From Pyrinomonadaceae bacterium (GTDB taxonomy: Bacteria; Acidobacteriota; Blastocatellia; Pyrinomonadales; Pyrinomonadaceae), in contig DATHHW010000137.1 of NCBI GenBank assembly GCA_035317005.1, positions 384 to 64,383 on the forward strand: 64,000 bases of DNA, read 5' to 3'. Both the position numbers and the translations under genes were made by a program. Below the pieces are notes generated by a model, which was not told the origin of the DNA, searched no databases, and saw only the letters and a list, made by a program, of their open reading frames with translations. Below are positions 54,777 to 64,000 of this stretch, piece by piece (position 1 is the stretch's first letter; every line of letters starts with the position of its first letter).

Positions 54777-55087
54777 CCAAAGCTCTTCGAATTCATGAGC
54801 TCGCCGAGGATGAACTCGCGGACGCTGCGTCGTGGTACGAAGGAAAGCAGCCCGGCTTGGGGACGGCGTTACTCGAACTCGCCGATCAGGCCGTTGAACA
54901 AATCCGCTCAGCTATCTTGCCCAGCAGTCCAGTTCCCAGTGTCAGGAAGACGAAAAACGCCCGGCGAGTTTTTTTGAGACCCTTCCCCTATTCGATTGTG
55001 TTCTATGAAAGCGAGGACCAGATTGTAATCGTCGCCTTTGCTCATAGCAGCCGACGACCTGGATATTGGCGTTCTCGAAAATTTTGA
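54773..55087 (+). CDS. RelE/ParE-family type II toxin
   Basis: 104 aa. LAEDELADAASWYEGKQPGLG...RVFLRPFPYSIVFYESEDQIVIVAFAHSSRRPGYW. The GTG start overlaps the antitoxin stop (GTGA). Confidence 0.8.
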   Translation: MTKALRIHELAEDELADAASWYEGKQPGLGTALLELADQAVEQIRSAILPSSPVPSVRKTKNARRVFLRPFPYSIVFYESEDQIVIVAFAHSSRRPGYWRSRKF

Positions 55088-55097
55088 TACTAACTAA

Positions 55098-56426
55098 ATG
55101 CGTTTCACTCGTTACGGAAAATTCAATGGTCTCGATGTCTGGTCGCTCAATCTTGGCGACCTGATGGAGGGTCTGTCTGATTCCCTGCTCTCTTCCGGCT
55201 TTGACGACGACTACTATTGGACGCGCGAGCGAACGCCGCAGGACACGACGCTGGACGCGTTGCGGCGTGCTTTATTACAGGCCCTGGTTGATCAGGGAAT
55301 GCTCAGCGAGCACCAGATCAAGCAGATGCTCGACGAGAACGAAGGCAAGTACGAAGGCTCGCAACTTCAGGAGATGCTGAATCAATTGATCGAGCGTCTG
55401 GTTGAAGAGGGTTATCTGACCTTGCACGAAGAGCCGCAGAACTCAGAGCGGCGACACGATCAGCGTGGGAATGGACAAGGCCAAATTGACGAGCCCCTCC
55501 CGCGCAACATCAAATTCGAAGTAACTGAGAAAGGATTGGATTTCCTCGGTTACAAAACGTTGCGTGGTCTGCTGGGCAGCCTGGGTAAAAGTTCGCTCGG
55601 CCGGCACGATACTCCGTACCTGGCCACAGGCGTCGAAGCTGAATCAGCCAGCAAGCCCTACGAATTCGGTGACACCATAAATCTGGACGTGAACACTACG
55701 CTGCTCTCCGCGATTCAGCGCGAGGGGCTTTCCGTTCCGCTCAACCTCGAATACCGCGATCTGCATGTGCATCAATGCGACTATCAATCGTCGTGCGCCA
55801 CGGTAGTGATGCTCGATTGTTCGCACTCGATGATTCTTTACGGCGAAGATCGGTTTACGCCGGCGAAGAAAGTTGCGCTGGCGCTCGGTCATTTGATCAG
55901 AACGCAGTATCCGGGAGATTCGCTGAAGATCGTTTTGTTCCATGACAGTGCGGAAGAGTTGCCGCTGGCGAAGCTCGCCACCACGCAGGTCGGGCCTTAT
56001 CACACGAATACCGCGGAAGGTCTGCGCCTGGCGCGCCGCATTCTCCAGGCACAGCGGAAAGACATGAAGCAGATCGTGATGGTGACCGACGGAAAGCCGA
56101 CCGCGTGTTTTGTGGAAGGGACTGTCACCCACGGCCGTGGCTTTAACTGGCTCCCGAACGAAGGCAGCAGTGCCCGAAGGATTTACAAGAATTCGATGGG
56201 CGGCGATCCCTTCGTAATGGAAGCTACCTTTCGCGAAGTCCAGGCCTGCCGCAAAGCCGGCATCATGATCAATACCTTCATGCTCGCCTCGGACTATTAC
56301 CTGGTCGAGTTCGTTAAGCAAATGACCGCGATGACCAACGGCAAAGCATACTTTGCCAACCCGTCGAATCTCTCACAATTCGTCCTGATTGATTTCCTGA
56401 AAAGACGAAAGAGCCGCGTGAAATAA
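55098..56426 (+). CDS. von Willebrand factor A domain protein (partner of the AAA+ ATPase)
   Basis: MIDAS motif VVMLDCSHSM (DxSxS). IVMVTDGKPT. Confidence 0.8.
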   Translation: MRFTRYGKFNGLDVWSLNLGDLMEGLSDSLLSSGFDDDYYWTRERTPQDTTLDALRRALLQALVDQGMLSEHQIKQMLDENEGKYEGSQLQEMLNQLIERLVEEGYLTLHEEPQNSERRHDQRGNGQGQIDEPLPRNIKFEVTEKGLDFLGYKTLRGLLGSLGKSSLGRHDTPYLATGVEAESASKPYEFGDTINLDVNTTLLSAIQREGLSVPLNLEYRDLHVHQCDYQSSCATVVMLDCSHSMILYGEDRFTPAKKVALALGHLIRTQYPGDSLKIVLFHDSAEELPLAKLATTQVGPYHTNTAEGLRLARRILQAQRKDMKQIVMVTDGKPTACFVEGTVTHGRGFNWLPNEGSSARRIYKNSMGGDPFVMEATFREVQACRKAGIMINTFMLASDYYLVEFVKQMTAMTNGKAYFANPSNLSQFVLIDFLKRRKSRVK

Positions 56427-56462
56427 GCGACTTTAACTAACCGCGTAGACTACAACCTCAGG

Positions 56463-57386
56463 TTATTGCACTCGGAAGTAATAGCTGCCGAGAGTTTCTT
56501 TCGCTGTCGCATTCTTCCGGCCCAGTCTAATCTGATAGTTGCCGGTCTTTAGCAAACGCGCCGGAACGTCGAAGGTAATCTGCGCGCTACCGTTGTCCGC
56601 GGCCTTGATCGCCTCCACACTAAAGACCGACTGCCCGTCTCCGGTTAACAGTTCAACTCGATACGGTCCCGGCTGATCGGGCTTCAAGGCAAGTTGCAAG
56701 CGCACGACCTCCTGCTCGCCTTTCGGGAGATTGACGGATGGCATATTGCTGCCGTCAGGCGACTCGGCGGGCCTCAGCGGAACGGTCACGCTCGCCGTTG
56801 AGGTGGGCGCGGTCTGATTATGAACTGGCATTGGCGAAGGACTTGTCTGGTGTTCCGGCATGGATTTATTTGTGGGATGGTTTGACTCAACCGGCGAGCT
56901 CGGAACGGGAGGTCGTTTGCGCACCCATCGCTTTGTAATCTCTTCTTTAATGCGTGGCTCCTTTTTCACAACCACCCACACAGTGCCAATCAGAAGAATG
57001 AATATCACGAGGCCAAATGCGTATCTCCGCCCTGGCCGAATGAACCCAAGCAGAGGTCGCAGTCGATCGGCGAGCGAGATCTTCGTTTCGACTGGAGCAG
57101 ACGCGAAACGGACGCGCAAGACTCTTGAAACGTTCAGCTTGCGCCGGCGATCCGCAGTTACCAGAAACTTCTCTTGGAAGAGTTCGCGCTCAGCGTTATC
57201 GAGGCGCCCGTAAGCGTAGTCATCCGCCAACTCCAACTCAGCCAGGCGCACGCGCGCGTTCAAACTATCATCCGCAAACAAACACTGCTCGAACGCAGGC
57301 TGCTCTAAAGCGCTCAGACGGCCAAACAGAAAGCGTCGGATCGCATCCTCGGGAAAGTCTGCTGAGTTGTTTCGATCTTCAACCAT
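56463..57386 (-). CDS. Putative membrane-anchored anti-sigma factor-like protein
   Basis: Immediately downstream of a sigma gene. Cytoplasmic N-terminus, TM segment YAFGLVIFILLIGTVWVV, Pro-rich linker and beta-rich C-terminal domain. Function is inferred from context. Confidence 0.5.
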   Translation of the reverse strand: MVEDRNNSADFPEDAIRRFLFGRLSALEQPAFEQCLFADDSLNARVRLAELELADDYAYGRLDNAERELFQEKFLVTADRRRKLNVSRVLRVRFASAPVETKISLADRLRPLLGFIRPGRRYAFGLVIFILLIGTVWVVVKKEPRIKEEITKRWVRKRPPVPSSPVESNHPTNKSMPEHQTSPSPMPVHNQTAPTSTASVTVPLRPAESPDGSNMPSVNLPKGEQEVVRLQLALKPDQPGPYRVELLTGDGQSVFSVEAIKAADNGSAQITFDVPARLLKTGNYQIRLGRKNATAKETLGSYYFRVQ

Positions 57387-57402
57387 TGGACTGGGCCCTC
57401 CC

Positions 57403-57969
57403 TTACAGTCGGGCTTCCGACACAAGACACTGCTCGATACACGTTTGCAGCTTATCTCTGATGCGCAGGGCGCGCAGTCTCAAGGTGCTGAGACCAATTC
57501 CAAGTTCGGCCGCAATTCGCTTGCGTAAATCGATCTTCGCCCGCTTGTCCTCAGCGTAATATCGCTCGATCATTCGACGCGAATTAGGCGACAGCTTGTC
57601 CAGACATTTCTCCAAACAGAGAGAGGTGCTTTCGGTCCTCTCAACGTCGTCATCGGGTTCCGGCAGCCGTGGCATCATCGGCCGTTTCAAGTATTCGTGA
57701 TGCACGTTGTTCATGACGCCCAGAAAGTAAATTGCCTGGTCGCCTACATAAGAGGCCTGAATGTCGATTACTCTGCGCGCCACTCGGTCGATCGTCTCAT
57801 CCGCCAATTCTTCGGGGCAAGTACAGCCGCGCGAGGCCAGAATCGCAACCAGTCGCCAGCGAATCTTTTCATAGGTCAGACCGGCGCGCCCGGGATCAGG
57901 ATCGAGCCACACGAGCAATCGATCGAAGTCTTCCTGCCTGATTGTGTGAAGCGTTTTCGCCGGCGACAT
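57403..57969 (-). CDS. Sigma-70 family (ECF-like) RNA polymerase sigma factor
   Basis: Start set at MSPAKTLHTIRQEDFDRLLVWLDPDPGRAGLTYEKIRWRL. C-terminal region-4-like ELGIGLSTLRLRALRIRDKL. The upstream 39 codons of the listed ORF are repeat sequence. Confidence 0.7.
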   Translation of the reverse strand: MSPAKTLHTIRQEDFDRLLVWLDPDPGRAGLTYEKIRWRLVAILASRGCTCPEELADETIDRVARRVIDIQASYVGDQAIYFLGVMNNVHHEYLKRPMMPRLPEPDDDVERTESTSLCLEKCLDKLSPNSRRMIERYYAEDKRAKIDLRKRIAAELGIGLSTLRLRALRIRDKLQTCIEQCLVSEARL

Positions 57970-58193
57970 ATCTTTGGAGTGCGGTGGCAAGCGTAGCGCG
58001 ACACCGCTTTGGTTGTTTGGTTCAGCTTCAGCCAGCGCCTCGTTTGATTCGGCCCAAAGACGGGGCACCGAAGAAATTCTGCACATGAATCACAGACTGA
58101 AGTCTGTGCCCTTGAAGCGTTTGATGAGGGCAACCCTTCAGAGTTGCCCCCACCCTGTAACGCCGCTCCAGCATCGCCAATATCTATCGCGCG

Positions 58194-58526
58194 CTACTCT
58201 TTTATTACATCGGCGATGGCGACCGTCTTCTCTTCCTTCTGACCCTGGATTTTGACCGTCACCTTACCGGCCTTTTCGTCCACGCTGATGACTGTAGCAG
58301 GAGCAGCGGCGCCATTGATCGTGACCTTAACTTTGTCTCCTGCTTTGACCTGTGGTTTGAGCGCCGCGCTCGGTTCCGGCGACGGCGAGACTGGGGCCGG
58401 CGTCGACGCGGACTGAGTGTTCGGCGTCGCGTTGCTGTTCGCATTCGAATTGTTCTCTGTGCTGCTGGGCTCACAAGCCGCGAGTGTCAGCGACAGAAGC
58501 ACTACTGCAAAAAGTTTCTTCGTCAT
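58194..58526 (-). CDS. Small lipoprotein with low-complexity linker and SH3/Tudor-like beta C-terminus
   Basis: Lipobox LTLAAC. GGAGGA RBS. KAGDKVKVTINGAAAPATVISVDEKAGKVTVKIQG. Confidence 0.75.
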   Translation of the reverse strand: MTKKLFAVVLLSLTLAACEPSSTENNSNANSNATPNTQSASTPAPVSPSPEPSAALKPQVKAGDKVKVTINGAAAPATVISVDEKAGKVTVKIQGQKEEKTVAIADVIKE

Positions 58527-58914
58527 GATTGTCCTCCATTCGTATCAAGCCTCCTCTTAAAAGGAGTGCTGGTTCCCTCTTCGCTGGGTGAATGGGAATG
58601 GAGGGCAAAACATTTCAAGCCTCAAAGAAAAAGTTTTTCGGTGAGTCAAATACAGCCACTGGATTCGCCAGAGCCGAAAAGAATCTCGCCAGAGCTAACG
58701 GGCCTTCTTCCGTTCTGGCCAGACGTACCTGGCGGAGATAGCCGCGTTTTTCACCAAACTGCTGAAGGCAATCAAGGGCTCACAAGGACGGGTAACAGGA
58801 AAGCGTGACGTGCCGTTTTTTTGGACGTCGTTCGTTCGAAGCAGCTAACGATTTTCACCCTTAAGCGGGCTGAAAACCTGTACGCCGTGATGAATCCGAT
58901 GGAACGCACCTGGA

Positions 58915-59661
58915 TCACTCATTGAATTGAAACTTCCGGTAAACCGGATCGCTTTCAAGTTCGTACTTCTTCAAAAACTCCCAGGCTTTGAGATTGATCT
59001 TTGGCGCCAGGTCATAGTACCAGTGATCATGTCCCGCGATTTCCGTAAGCTCCGCTGAAAATCCCTTCGCGTTCAAGAGGTCCCTGGTCGCCCTCACCAC
59101 TTTGAGCGGAAAAGCCTGGTCGCTATCTCCCACCTGGATGAAGATCGGAATTTTCCTTTTCGCTACATCAAGCAAGTCGCCGTCGTCCGGCTGTAGTGCT
59201 CCCGCATGAATCGCCGTGGCCGCAAAGTACTGGGCCTCCATCAGAGACATTTCGAGGGCGAATGTAGCGCCGGCCGAATGACCAAACAGATAGACTCGAC
59301 GCGGATTGATCGGGTATTTCGCTTTAAGCTCTTCGACCAGGTCGTGCAGGTAATCCGGCCCATCCTGAGGCGAGCGCCAACCGCTGATCTCCGAAGCGTC
59401 CGGCCCGGCAATGATGAAACCTTCCTTCTTGGCCAGGTCTTTCCATTTTTCCACGAGCGACATGCCGACGCGCCCCGATCCATGCAGCATCACAATCAAA
59501 GGCGCCGGCGATCCCGGCTTGATTGTCGACGGCACGTACAAGTAGTAGGCGCGCATCTTGCCGTTCGAAGCGATCAACTCTTTAGTGATGTCGTCTTTGG
59601 CGGCGACGGAGCTGGAGAAGAGGAGCAACAAGGTTGTCGTGAGTAGAAGGTGAAGTTTCAT
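58915..59661 (-). CDS. Secreted alpha/beta-hydrolase esterase (PHB-depolymerase / carboxylesterase-like)
   Basis: Signal peptide MKLHLLLTTTLLLLFSSSVAA. LIVMLHGSG and GHSAGATFA (G-x-S-x-G). Start is set downstream of the MITE terminal repeat. Confidence 0.75.
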   Translation of the reverse strand: MKLHLLLTTTLLLLFSSSVAAKDDITKELIASNGKMRAYYLYVPSTIKPGSPAPLIVMLHGSGRVGMSLVEKWKDLAKKEGFIIAGPDASEISGWRSPQDGPDYLHDLVEELKAKYPINPRRVYLFGHSAGATFALEMSLMEAQYFAATAIHAGALQPDDGDLLDVAKRKIPIFIQVGDSDQAFPLKVVRATRDLLNAKGFSAELTEIAGHDHWYYDLAPKINLKAWEFLKKYELESDPVYRKFQFNE

Positions 59662-59696
59662 AAGTAGTTTCCTTAATATGGGCATTACGCCGAAGA

Positions 59697-59929
59697 CATT
59701 TTCCATTTGTCATTTGACAGTCTTCATTTGCCATTGATAGCGAAAGAAGTTCGGATCTGTTCGCCGACACGACGGCTGCTAATTACTTTAACCGCAAAGG
59801 ACGCAGAGGGTCCCGCAGAGGAACGCAAAGGATTTCTCTTAGGCTCGATGAATCTTCAGTGCGTCGGTAACGATCACGCCACGTATGAGCAATCGCAAAT
59901 GAAAACTGTCAAATGACAAATGGAAAATG
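59697..59929. mobile_element. 233-bp MITE-like element with 35-bp terminal inverted repeats, carrying a family E unit
   Basis: The left end cattttccatttgtcatttgacagtcttcatttgc matches the reverse complement of the right end, cattttccatttgtcatttgacagttttcatttgc (34/35). The internal accgcaaaggacgcagagggtcccgcagaggaacgcaaagg is a family E unit. Confidence 0.85.
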
Positions 59930-59959
59930 GTTTTTCTCTCTTCGTAATCTGCGGATCGC

Positions 59960-61894
59960 TCAACGCATCACGACCACAGGCAGCTCAACAAAACTCGCCT
60001 GCCCCGCCGCGTGATAGATCCTTTGCGTGGCCTTGCGATAATCTCCCGGCTTGGCCCAGAAGATGTTCTCGACGAACGTCTGTGGATTGCGATCGTAGAG
60101 CGGGAACCAACTCGATTGGATCTGCACCATAATCCGGTGGCCCGGCAGAAACACGTGGTTGGCTGTCGGCAAAGGCCAGCGATACAGCAGTGGCTTGTCG
60201 GCCGCGATGGGTTTGGGTGTTTCGAGGCTCTCGCGATAACGGCCCCGCAAGATGTCCGCAGAGATCATTAACTGATAGCCGCCCATGTTTGGCTGGCCGG
60301 CGACTTCATCCGGATAGAGGTCGATCACTTTGACCACCCAATCGGAATCCGTGCCGCTGGTCGACGCGATCAGATTGGCGATCGGTTCGCCACTGATCTT
60401 CACCGGGGTTTTCAAAACATCTGAGGTGAAGACCAAAACATCGGGCCGGCCCGATTGCTCGCGTTGATCGTCAACCAACCACTGCCGCCACGTCGTGCCG
60501 TCGATCGGCCGGGCCCGGAAGGGCACGGGCTTTGAAGGATCAGAGATGTATTCTTCGTAACCAGAGGCTCCCGATCTCGACATCTCGAAGCTCGCTTTCA
60601 GACCTCCATTGAGATAAAGCGGAGTCGGCTTAACCGTACAGCCTCTCTCGCAGCCGGCGGGCCAGGACGAGAGACTGTGCCACTTGTTCGTTCCGGTCTC
60701 GAATGCCGTAACCGGCGCGACGTTCATCTTTGGCGCGTCATCTTTCAGGTAATGGTCCAGAAACGGGCGCAGGATCTCCTGACGAAAATACAGCGCGGTA
60801 TCACTGTCGAACTTAATCGCTCCGAGCGAGCTGCCTTCCCTGATCTCCTGGCCGTGATGCCAGGGACCCATCACCAGAAACACCTTATCGTTGTTGGTGT
60901 CCTTCGGCTCGATCGCTTTGTACACCGCGATGTCACCATAAATGTCTTCCTGATCCCAGAGGCTGTGCACCAACATCACCGGGACCTTCAAAGGCTCTTT
61001 CGCCAGAATCTTGTCGACGGCCTGTTCGCGCCAGAACGCGTCATAGCTCGGATGCTCGAGCAGCTTGCGCCAGAAGCCGACCTGTTCCATGCCGCGCCGG
61101 CGTCCCAATTCGCCCGCCGAGCCTGCTTCCATGAACATGTCGTAATCATCGAAGTGGCTGGTCCACCACGTGATGTCATTCGCGCGAGTCGCTTCCTGAT
61201 CGTAGATGTAGCTCATGCCCTGCTGACGGAACGCACCGTGATGAAACCAGTCGTCGCCCATCCAACCATCCACCATCGGGTTCATCGGCACCGACACCTT
61301 CAACGCCGGATGCGGATTAATTAACCCCATCAAAGGCAGAAAGCCATCGTAGGAAATGCCGAGGATGCCAACCTTGCCGTTCGTCTCCGGAATATTCTTA
61401 ACCAGCCAATCAATCGTGTCGTAAGTATCGGTCGGGTGATCGACCCGCGTCGGATTCAGCGGTCCGCGCACCGGACGGTTCATCACATACTCGCCTTCCG
61501 AGCCGTATTTGCCGCGGATGTCCTGGACCACTCGAATGTAGCCGCCTTCGACAATCACGTCGGTGGCGTTGTCATAGCCGTACAGGCTGGGGCCGAGGTG
61601 CGAACTGTTGATGTGCGTGGTGAGTTGGGTGGCATTGTAAGGCGTGCGCGTCAGCAGTATCGGCGCGCGGCTTGCTCCCTTGGGTACGAGGATGACTGTG
61701 TGCAGCTTCACGCCGTCACGCATCGGGATCATGACTTCACGCCTGACATAATCAAAGCCATCGTTGGTCGGCGTGAACTTGTCCGGCGTCTCGTTGGGTA
61801 GAGTTTGGGCGCGGCCATTTGCTGGTTCGATGAAAAGGACAGCGCCGCACAGCAGCGCGAGCACTAGCGACTTGTAAAAAGGTTTTATGATCAT
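59960..61894 (-). CDS. CocE/NonD family hydrolase (S15 X-Pro dipeptidyl-peptidase-like)
   Basis: Signal peptide. TRTPYN, GISYDGF nucleophile region and a C-terminal beta-sandwich region are typical of the family. Confidence 0.85.
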   Translation of the reverse strand: MIIKPFYKSLVLALLCGAVLFIEPANGRAQTLPNETPDKFTPTNDGFDYVRREVMIPMRDGVKLHTVILVPKGASRAPILLTRTPYNATQLTTHINSSHLGPSLYGYDNATDVIVEGGYIRVVQDIRGKYGSEGEYVMNRPVRGPLNPTRVDHPTDTYDTIDWLVKNIPETNGKVGILGISYDGFLPLMGLINPHPALKVSVPMNPMVDGWMGDDWFHHGAFRQQGMSYIYDQEATRANDITWWTSHFDDYDMFMEAGSAGELGRRRGMEQVGFWRKLLEHPSYDAFWREQAVDKILAKEPLKVPVMLVHSLWDQEDIYGDIAVYKAIEPKDTNNDKVFLVMGPWHHGQEIREGSSLGAIKFDSDTALYFRQEILRPFLDHYLKDDAPKMNVAPVTAFETGTNKWHSLSSWPAGCERGCTVKPTPLYLNGGLKASFEMSRSGASGYEEYISDPSKPVPFRARPIDGTTWRQWLVDDQREQSGRPDVLVFTSDVLKTPVKISGEPIANLIASTSGTDSDWVVKVIDLYPDEVAGQPNMGGYQLMISADILRGRYRESLETPKPIAADKPLLYRWPLPTANHVFLPGHRIMVQIQSSWFPLYDRNPQTFVENIFWAKPGDYRKATQRIYHAAGQASFVELPVVVMR

Positions 61895-62023
61895 TGATCA
61901 ATCATCCTCAAGACTCTTCTGGATCTGTGGACACGATTTGAGAAACTGATTCGTGTTGGTGAAGCGCCGTTAGGCGCGAAATGTTTATAGCTCAAGAACG
62001 ATTAGAATAGAAGCTGAGTCCTT

Positions 62024-62123
62024 TTTGGAGTGCGCTGACTTGTCAGCGCTTTGTTAATCCGCGACTTGTCGCGGCCCTGGCAGTCACAGCGAAAAAAGCG
62101 GCGACAAGTCGCCGCACTCCAAA
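62024..62123. repeat. Family B element, 100-bp form
   Basis: tttggagtgcgctgacttgtcagcgcttt ... aaagcggcgacaagtcgccgcactccaaa, ending 1 nt before the ettA stop codon. Confidence 0.85.
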
Positions 62124-63806
62124 TTAGCTGCGCGTCAACTGTCGATACTTAATCCGATGCGGAGTCTCAGCCGCCGCGCCCAAACGCGCCTTCCGATCTT
62201 CTTCATAGTCGGAATAATTCCCTTCAAACCAGACAACCTTGCTGTCGCCTTCGAAGGCGAGGATGTGCGTTGCTATCCTGTCTAAGAACCACCGGTCGTG
62301 TGAGATGACTACCGCACATCCGGCAAAGTTTTCCAGCGCCTCTTCCAGAGCCCGCAGCGTATTCACATCGAGATCGTTAGTCGGCTCGTCGAGCAACAAA
62401 ACATTCGCGCCCTCCTTCAACATCTTTGCCAGGTGCACTCGATTGCGTTCGCCACCCGACAACATGCTGACTTTCTTTTGCTGGTCTGAGCCGGAAAAAT
62501 TGAAACGCCCGACGTACGCGCGCGAGTTTACTTCGCGCGTGCCCAGCTTCAAGATGTCCGTGCCACCGGAGATTTCTTCCCAGATCGATTTGGTCGGATC
62601 CAGCGTGCGGCTTTGATCGACATAAGCCAACTGCACCGTCTCGCCGACACGGATGGTTCCCTCGTCGGGCTCTTCCTGCCTGGTAATCATCCGAAACAGG
62701 GTCGTCTTGCCGGCGCCGTTCGGACCAATCACGCCGACGATGCCGCCGCGCGGCAGCTTGAAAGTCATGTCCTCGACCAGCAGGTTTTCGCCATAGCCTT
62801 TATCAACGCCGTCCGCTTCGATCACGACATCTCCCAGCCGTGGCCCCGGCGGAATGTGAATCTCTAAGTCTTCCCGTCGCTTCTCTGATTGTTCCTGTAG
62901 CAAACTTTCGTAAGCATTCACGCGGGCCTGGCCTTTCGCGTGACGCGCCTTCGGCGACATGCGAATCCATTCCAGCTCGCGCTGCAGAGTTTTCTGTCGT
63001 TCGCTTTCAGACTTTTCTTCGCGCCGCAGCCGCTCCTGCTTCTGCTCCAGCCAACTCGTATAGTTCCCCTTCCACGGAATGCCCGCGCCGCGATCAAGTT
63101 CCAGAATCCAACCGGCCACGTTATCGAGAAAGTATCTGTCATGCGTCACCGCGATGATCGTTCCCGCATAACTCTGCAGATGATGTTCGAGCCACGCGAC
63201 CGATTCGGCATCGAGATGGTTGGTAGGCTCATCGAGAAGAAGGATGTCCGGTTTCTGAAGCAGTAGACGACACAGCGCCACCCGCCGTCGTTCACCACCG
63301 GAAAGAATTTTCACCGGCGTCTCGGGCGGCGGACAACGCAGCGCGTCCATAGCCATCTCCAGACGCGAATCGAGATCCCAGGCGTCCTGATGATCCAGCT
63401 TCTCCTGCACCTCGCCCTGGCGCGCCAGAAGCTTGTCCATGTCCTCGTCGGACATCTGTTCGCCGAACTTCGCGTTGATCTCGTCAAACTCTTTCAGCAG
63501 AGCGACCGTCTCTTTCACAGCCTCTTCGACGACCTCACGCACAGTGCGCGCATCGTCAATCAAAGGTTCCTGCTCGAGATAGCCGACCGTGTATCCCGGT
63601 GAGATCACCGTCTCGCCATTGATCTCTTTGTCGACGCCGGCGAGGATGCGCAACAAAGAAGACTTGCCCGACCCATTCAACCCAATGACGCCAATCTTCG
63701 CGCCATAGAAATAGGAAAGATAGATGTCTTTGAGGACGGCTTTCTTGTCATAGAACTTACTGACGCCGACCATGGAATAGATGATTTTGTTTGGTTCAGT
63801 GCTCAT
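62124..63806 (-). CDS. ettA: Energy-dependent translational throttle protein EttA (ABC-F ATPase)
   Basis: Collinear with E. coli EttA throughout ([87 protein letters not shown]). Start is at [12 protein letters not shown]. Confidence 0.95.
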   Translation of the reverse strand: MSTEPNKIIYSMVGVSKFYDKKAVLKDIYLSYFYGAKIGVIGLNGSGKSSLLRILAGVDKEINGETVISPGYTVGYLEQEPLIDDARTVREVVEEAVKETVALLKEFDEINAKFGEQMSDEDMDKLLARQGEVQEKLDHQDAWDLDSRLEMAMDALRCPPPETPVKILSGGERRRVALCRLLLQKPDILLLDEPTNHLDAESVAWLEHHLQSYAGTIIAVTHDRYFLDNVAGWILELDRGAGIPWKGNYTSWLEQKQERLRREEKSESERQKTLQRELEWIRMSPKARHAKGQARVNAYESLLQEQSEKRREDLEIHIPPGPRLGDVVIEADGVDKGYGENLLVEDMTFKLPRGGIVGVIGPNGAGKTTLFRMITRQEEPDEGTIRVGETVQLAYVDQSRTLDPTKSIWEEISGGTDILKLGTREVNSRAYVGRFNFSGSDQQKKVSMLSGGERNRVHLAKMLKEGANVLLLDEPTNDLDVNTLRALEEALENFAGCAVVISHDRWFLDRIATHILAFEGDSKVVWFEGNYSDYEEDRKARLGAAAETPHRIKYRQLTRS

Positions 63807-63814
63807 GATTTTCG

Positions 63815-63958
63815 TCCACAGATTACACAGATTCCGCAGATAAGGAAAAACTGCGGGCAACTTCTTCTTTCCCTCTTTCAAAGAGGAATTGGAAGGGGAC
63901 CAAAGTATTGCCGTTAAGGTTTTGAGTTTCTTTCTGTGTAATCTGCGTAATCTGTGGA
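63815..63958. repeat. Family L palindromic element upstream of ettA
   Basis: tccacagattacacagattccgcagat ... tctgtgtaatctgcgtaatctgtgga, with an inner hairpin cctctttcaaagagg. A related half lies at about 59937..59962. Confidence 0.8.
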
Positions 63959-64000
63959 TAGCCTACGGTCGCGGCGCCGGACCCGTCCGCGGATTCTTGC

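Noticed and set aside
55644-56321. 225-aa ORF antisense to the VWA gene
   Set aside because: The plus strand has the MIDAS DxSxS motif and coherent VWA sequence. The antisense frame is a shadow ORF.
60677-61324. 215-aa ORF antisense to the CocE/NonD hydrolase
   Set aside because: It is a shadow ORF inside a well-supported 644-aa gene.
1-64000. Search by eye for tRNA, rRNA, tmRNA or known riboswitch leaders in intergenic regions
   Set aside because: I found no cloverleaf-compatible segments or rRNA-like stretches. The intergenic regions are accounted for mainly by repeats, terminators and short leaders. A tRNAscan/Infernal run would be needed to be certain.

Overview
This is a 64-kb chromosomal segment from a moderately GC-rich bacterium. 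Its gene content suggests an Acidobacteriota-like soil organism: a PEP-CTERM protein, a PF07638-type ECF sigma factor paired with a Ser/Thr kinase, three large Ser/Thr kinases, sortilin/BNR-type beta-propeller proteins, many secreted peptidases, and characteristic hairpin repeats. That taxonomic placement is inference only. I support about 55 protein-coding genes. Recognisable ones include ettA, ptrB (oligopeptidase B), an EfpL/YeiP-type EF-P paralogue, an intact higBA pair, a ParE-type pair, and several peptidases (DPP-IV, CocE/NonD, M12B-like, M49-like). Others are three SLT lytic-transglycosylase domains, an AAA+ ATPase with a VWA partner, a Nudix-MBL fusion and a sulfite-oxidase-like enzyme. 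I saw no rRNA, tRNA or CRISPR array. Four things look most worth follow-up. (1) A small AT-richer islet at about 29.2-31.4 kb holds a translationally coupled minimal nucleotidyltransferase plus PD-(D/E)xK nuclease pair that I cannot assign to a named toxin-antitoxin (TA) or defence family. It lies next to a decayed higBA copy whose core has been replaced by a low-GC secreted-protein ORF. (2) An ECF sigma is followed by a Ser/Thr kinase whose ectodomain is an apparently catalytic lytic transglycosylase. A paralogous stand-alone SLT is encoded divergently, and higBA is welded to the kinase stop codon. (3) At least ten families of nested palindromic MITE/REP-like repeats fill nearly every intergenic space, bracket efpL and contribute coding 3' ends. 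(4) There is a secreted Arg/Asp heptad-repeat protein, and a glutaredoxin-like gene ends at a UGA followed by a SECIS-like hairpin. Two genes look frameshifted. All calls come from reading motifs by eye; no searches or computations were run.
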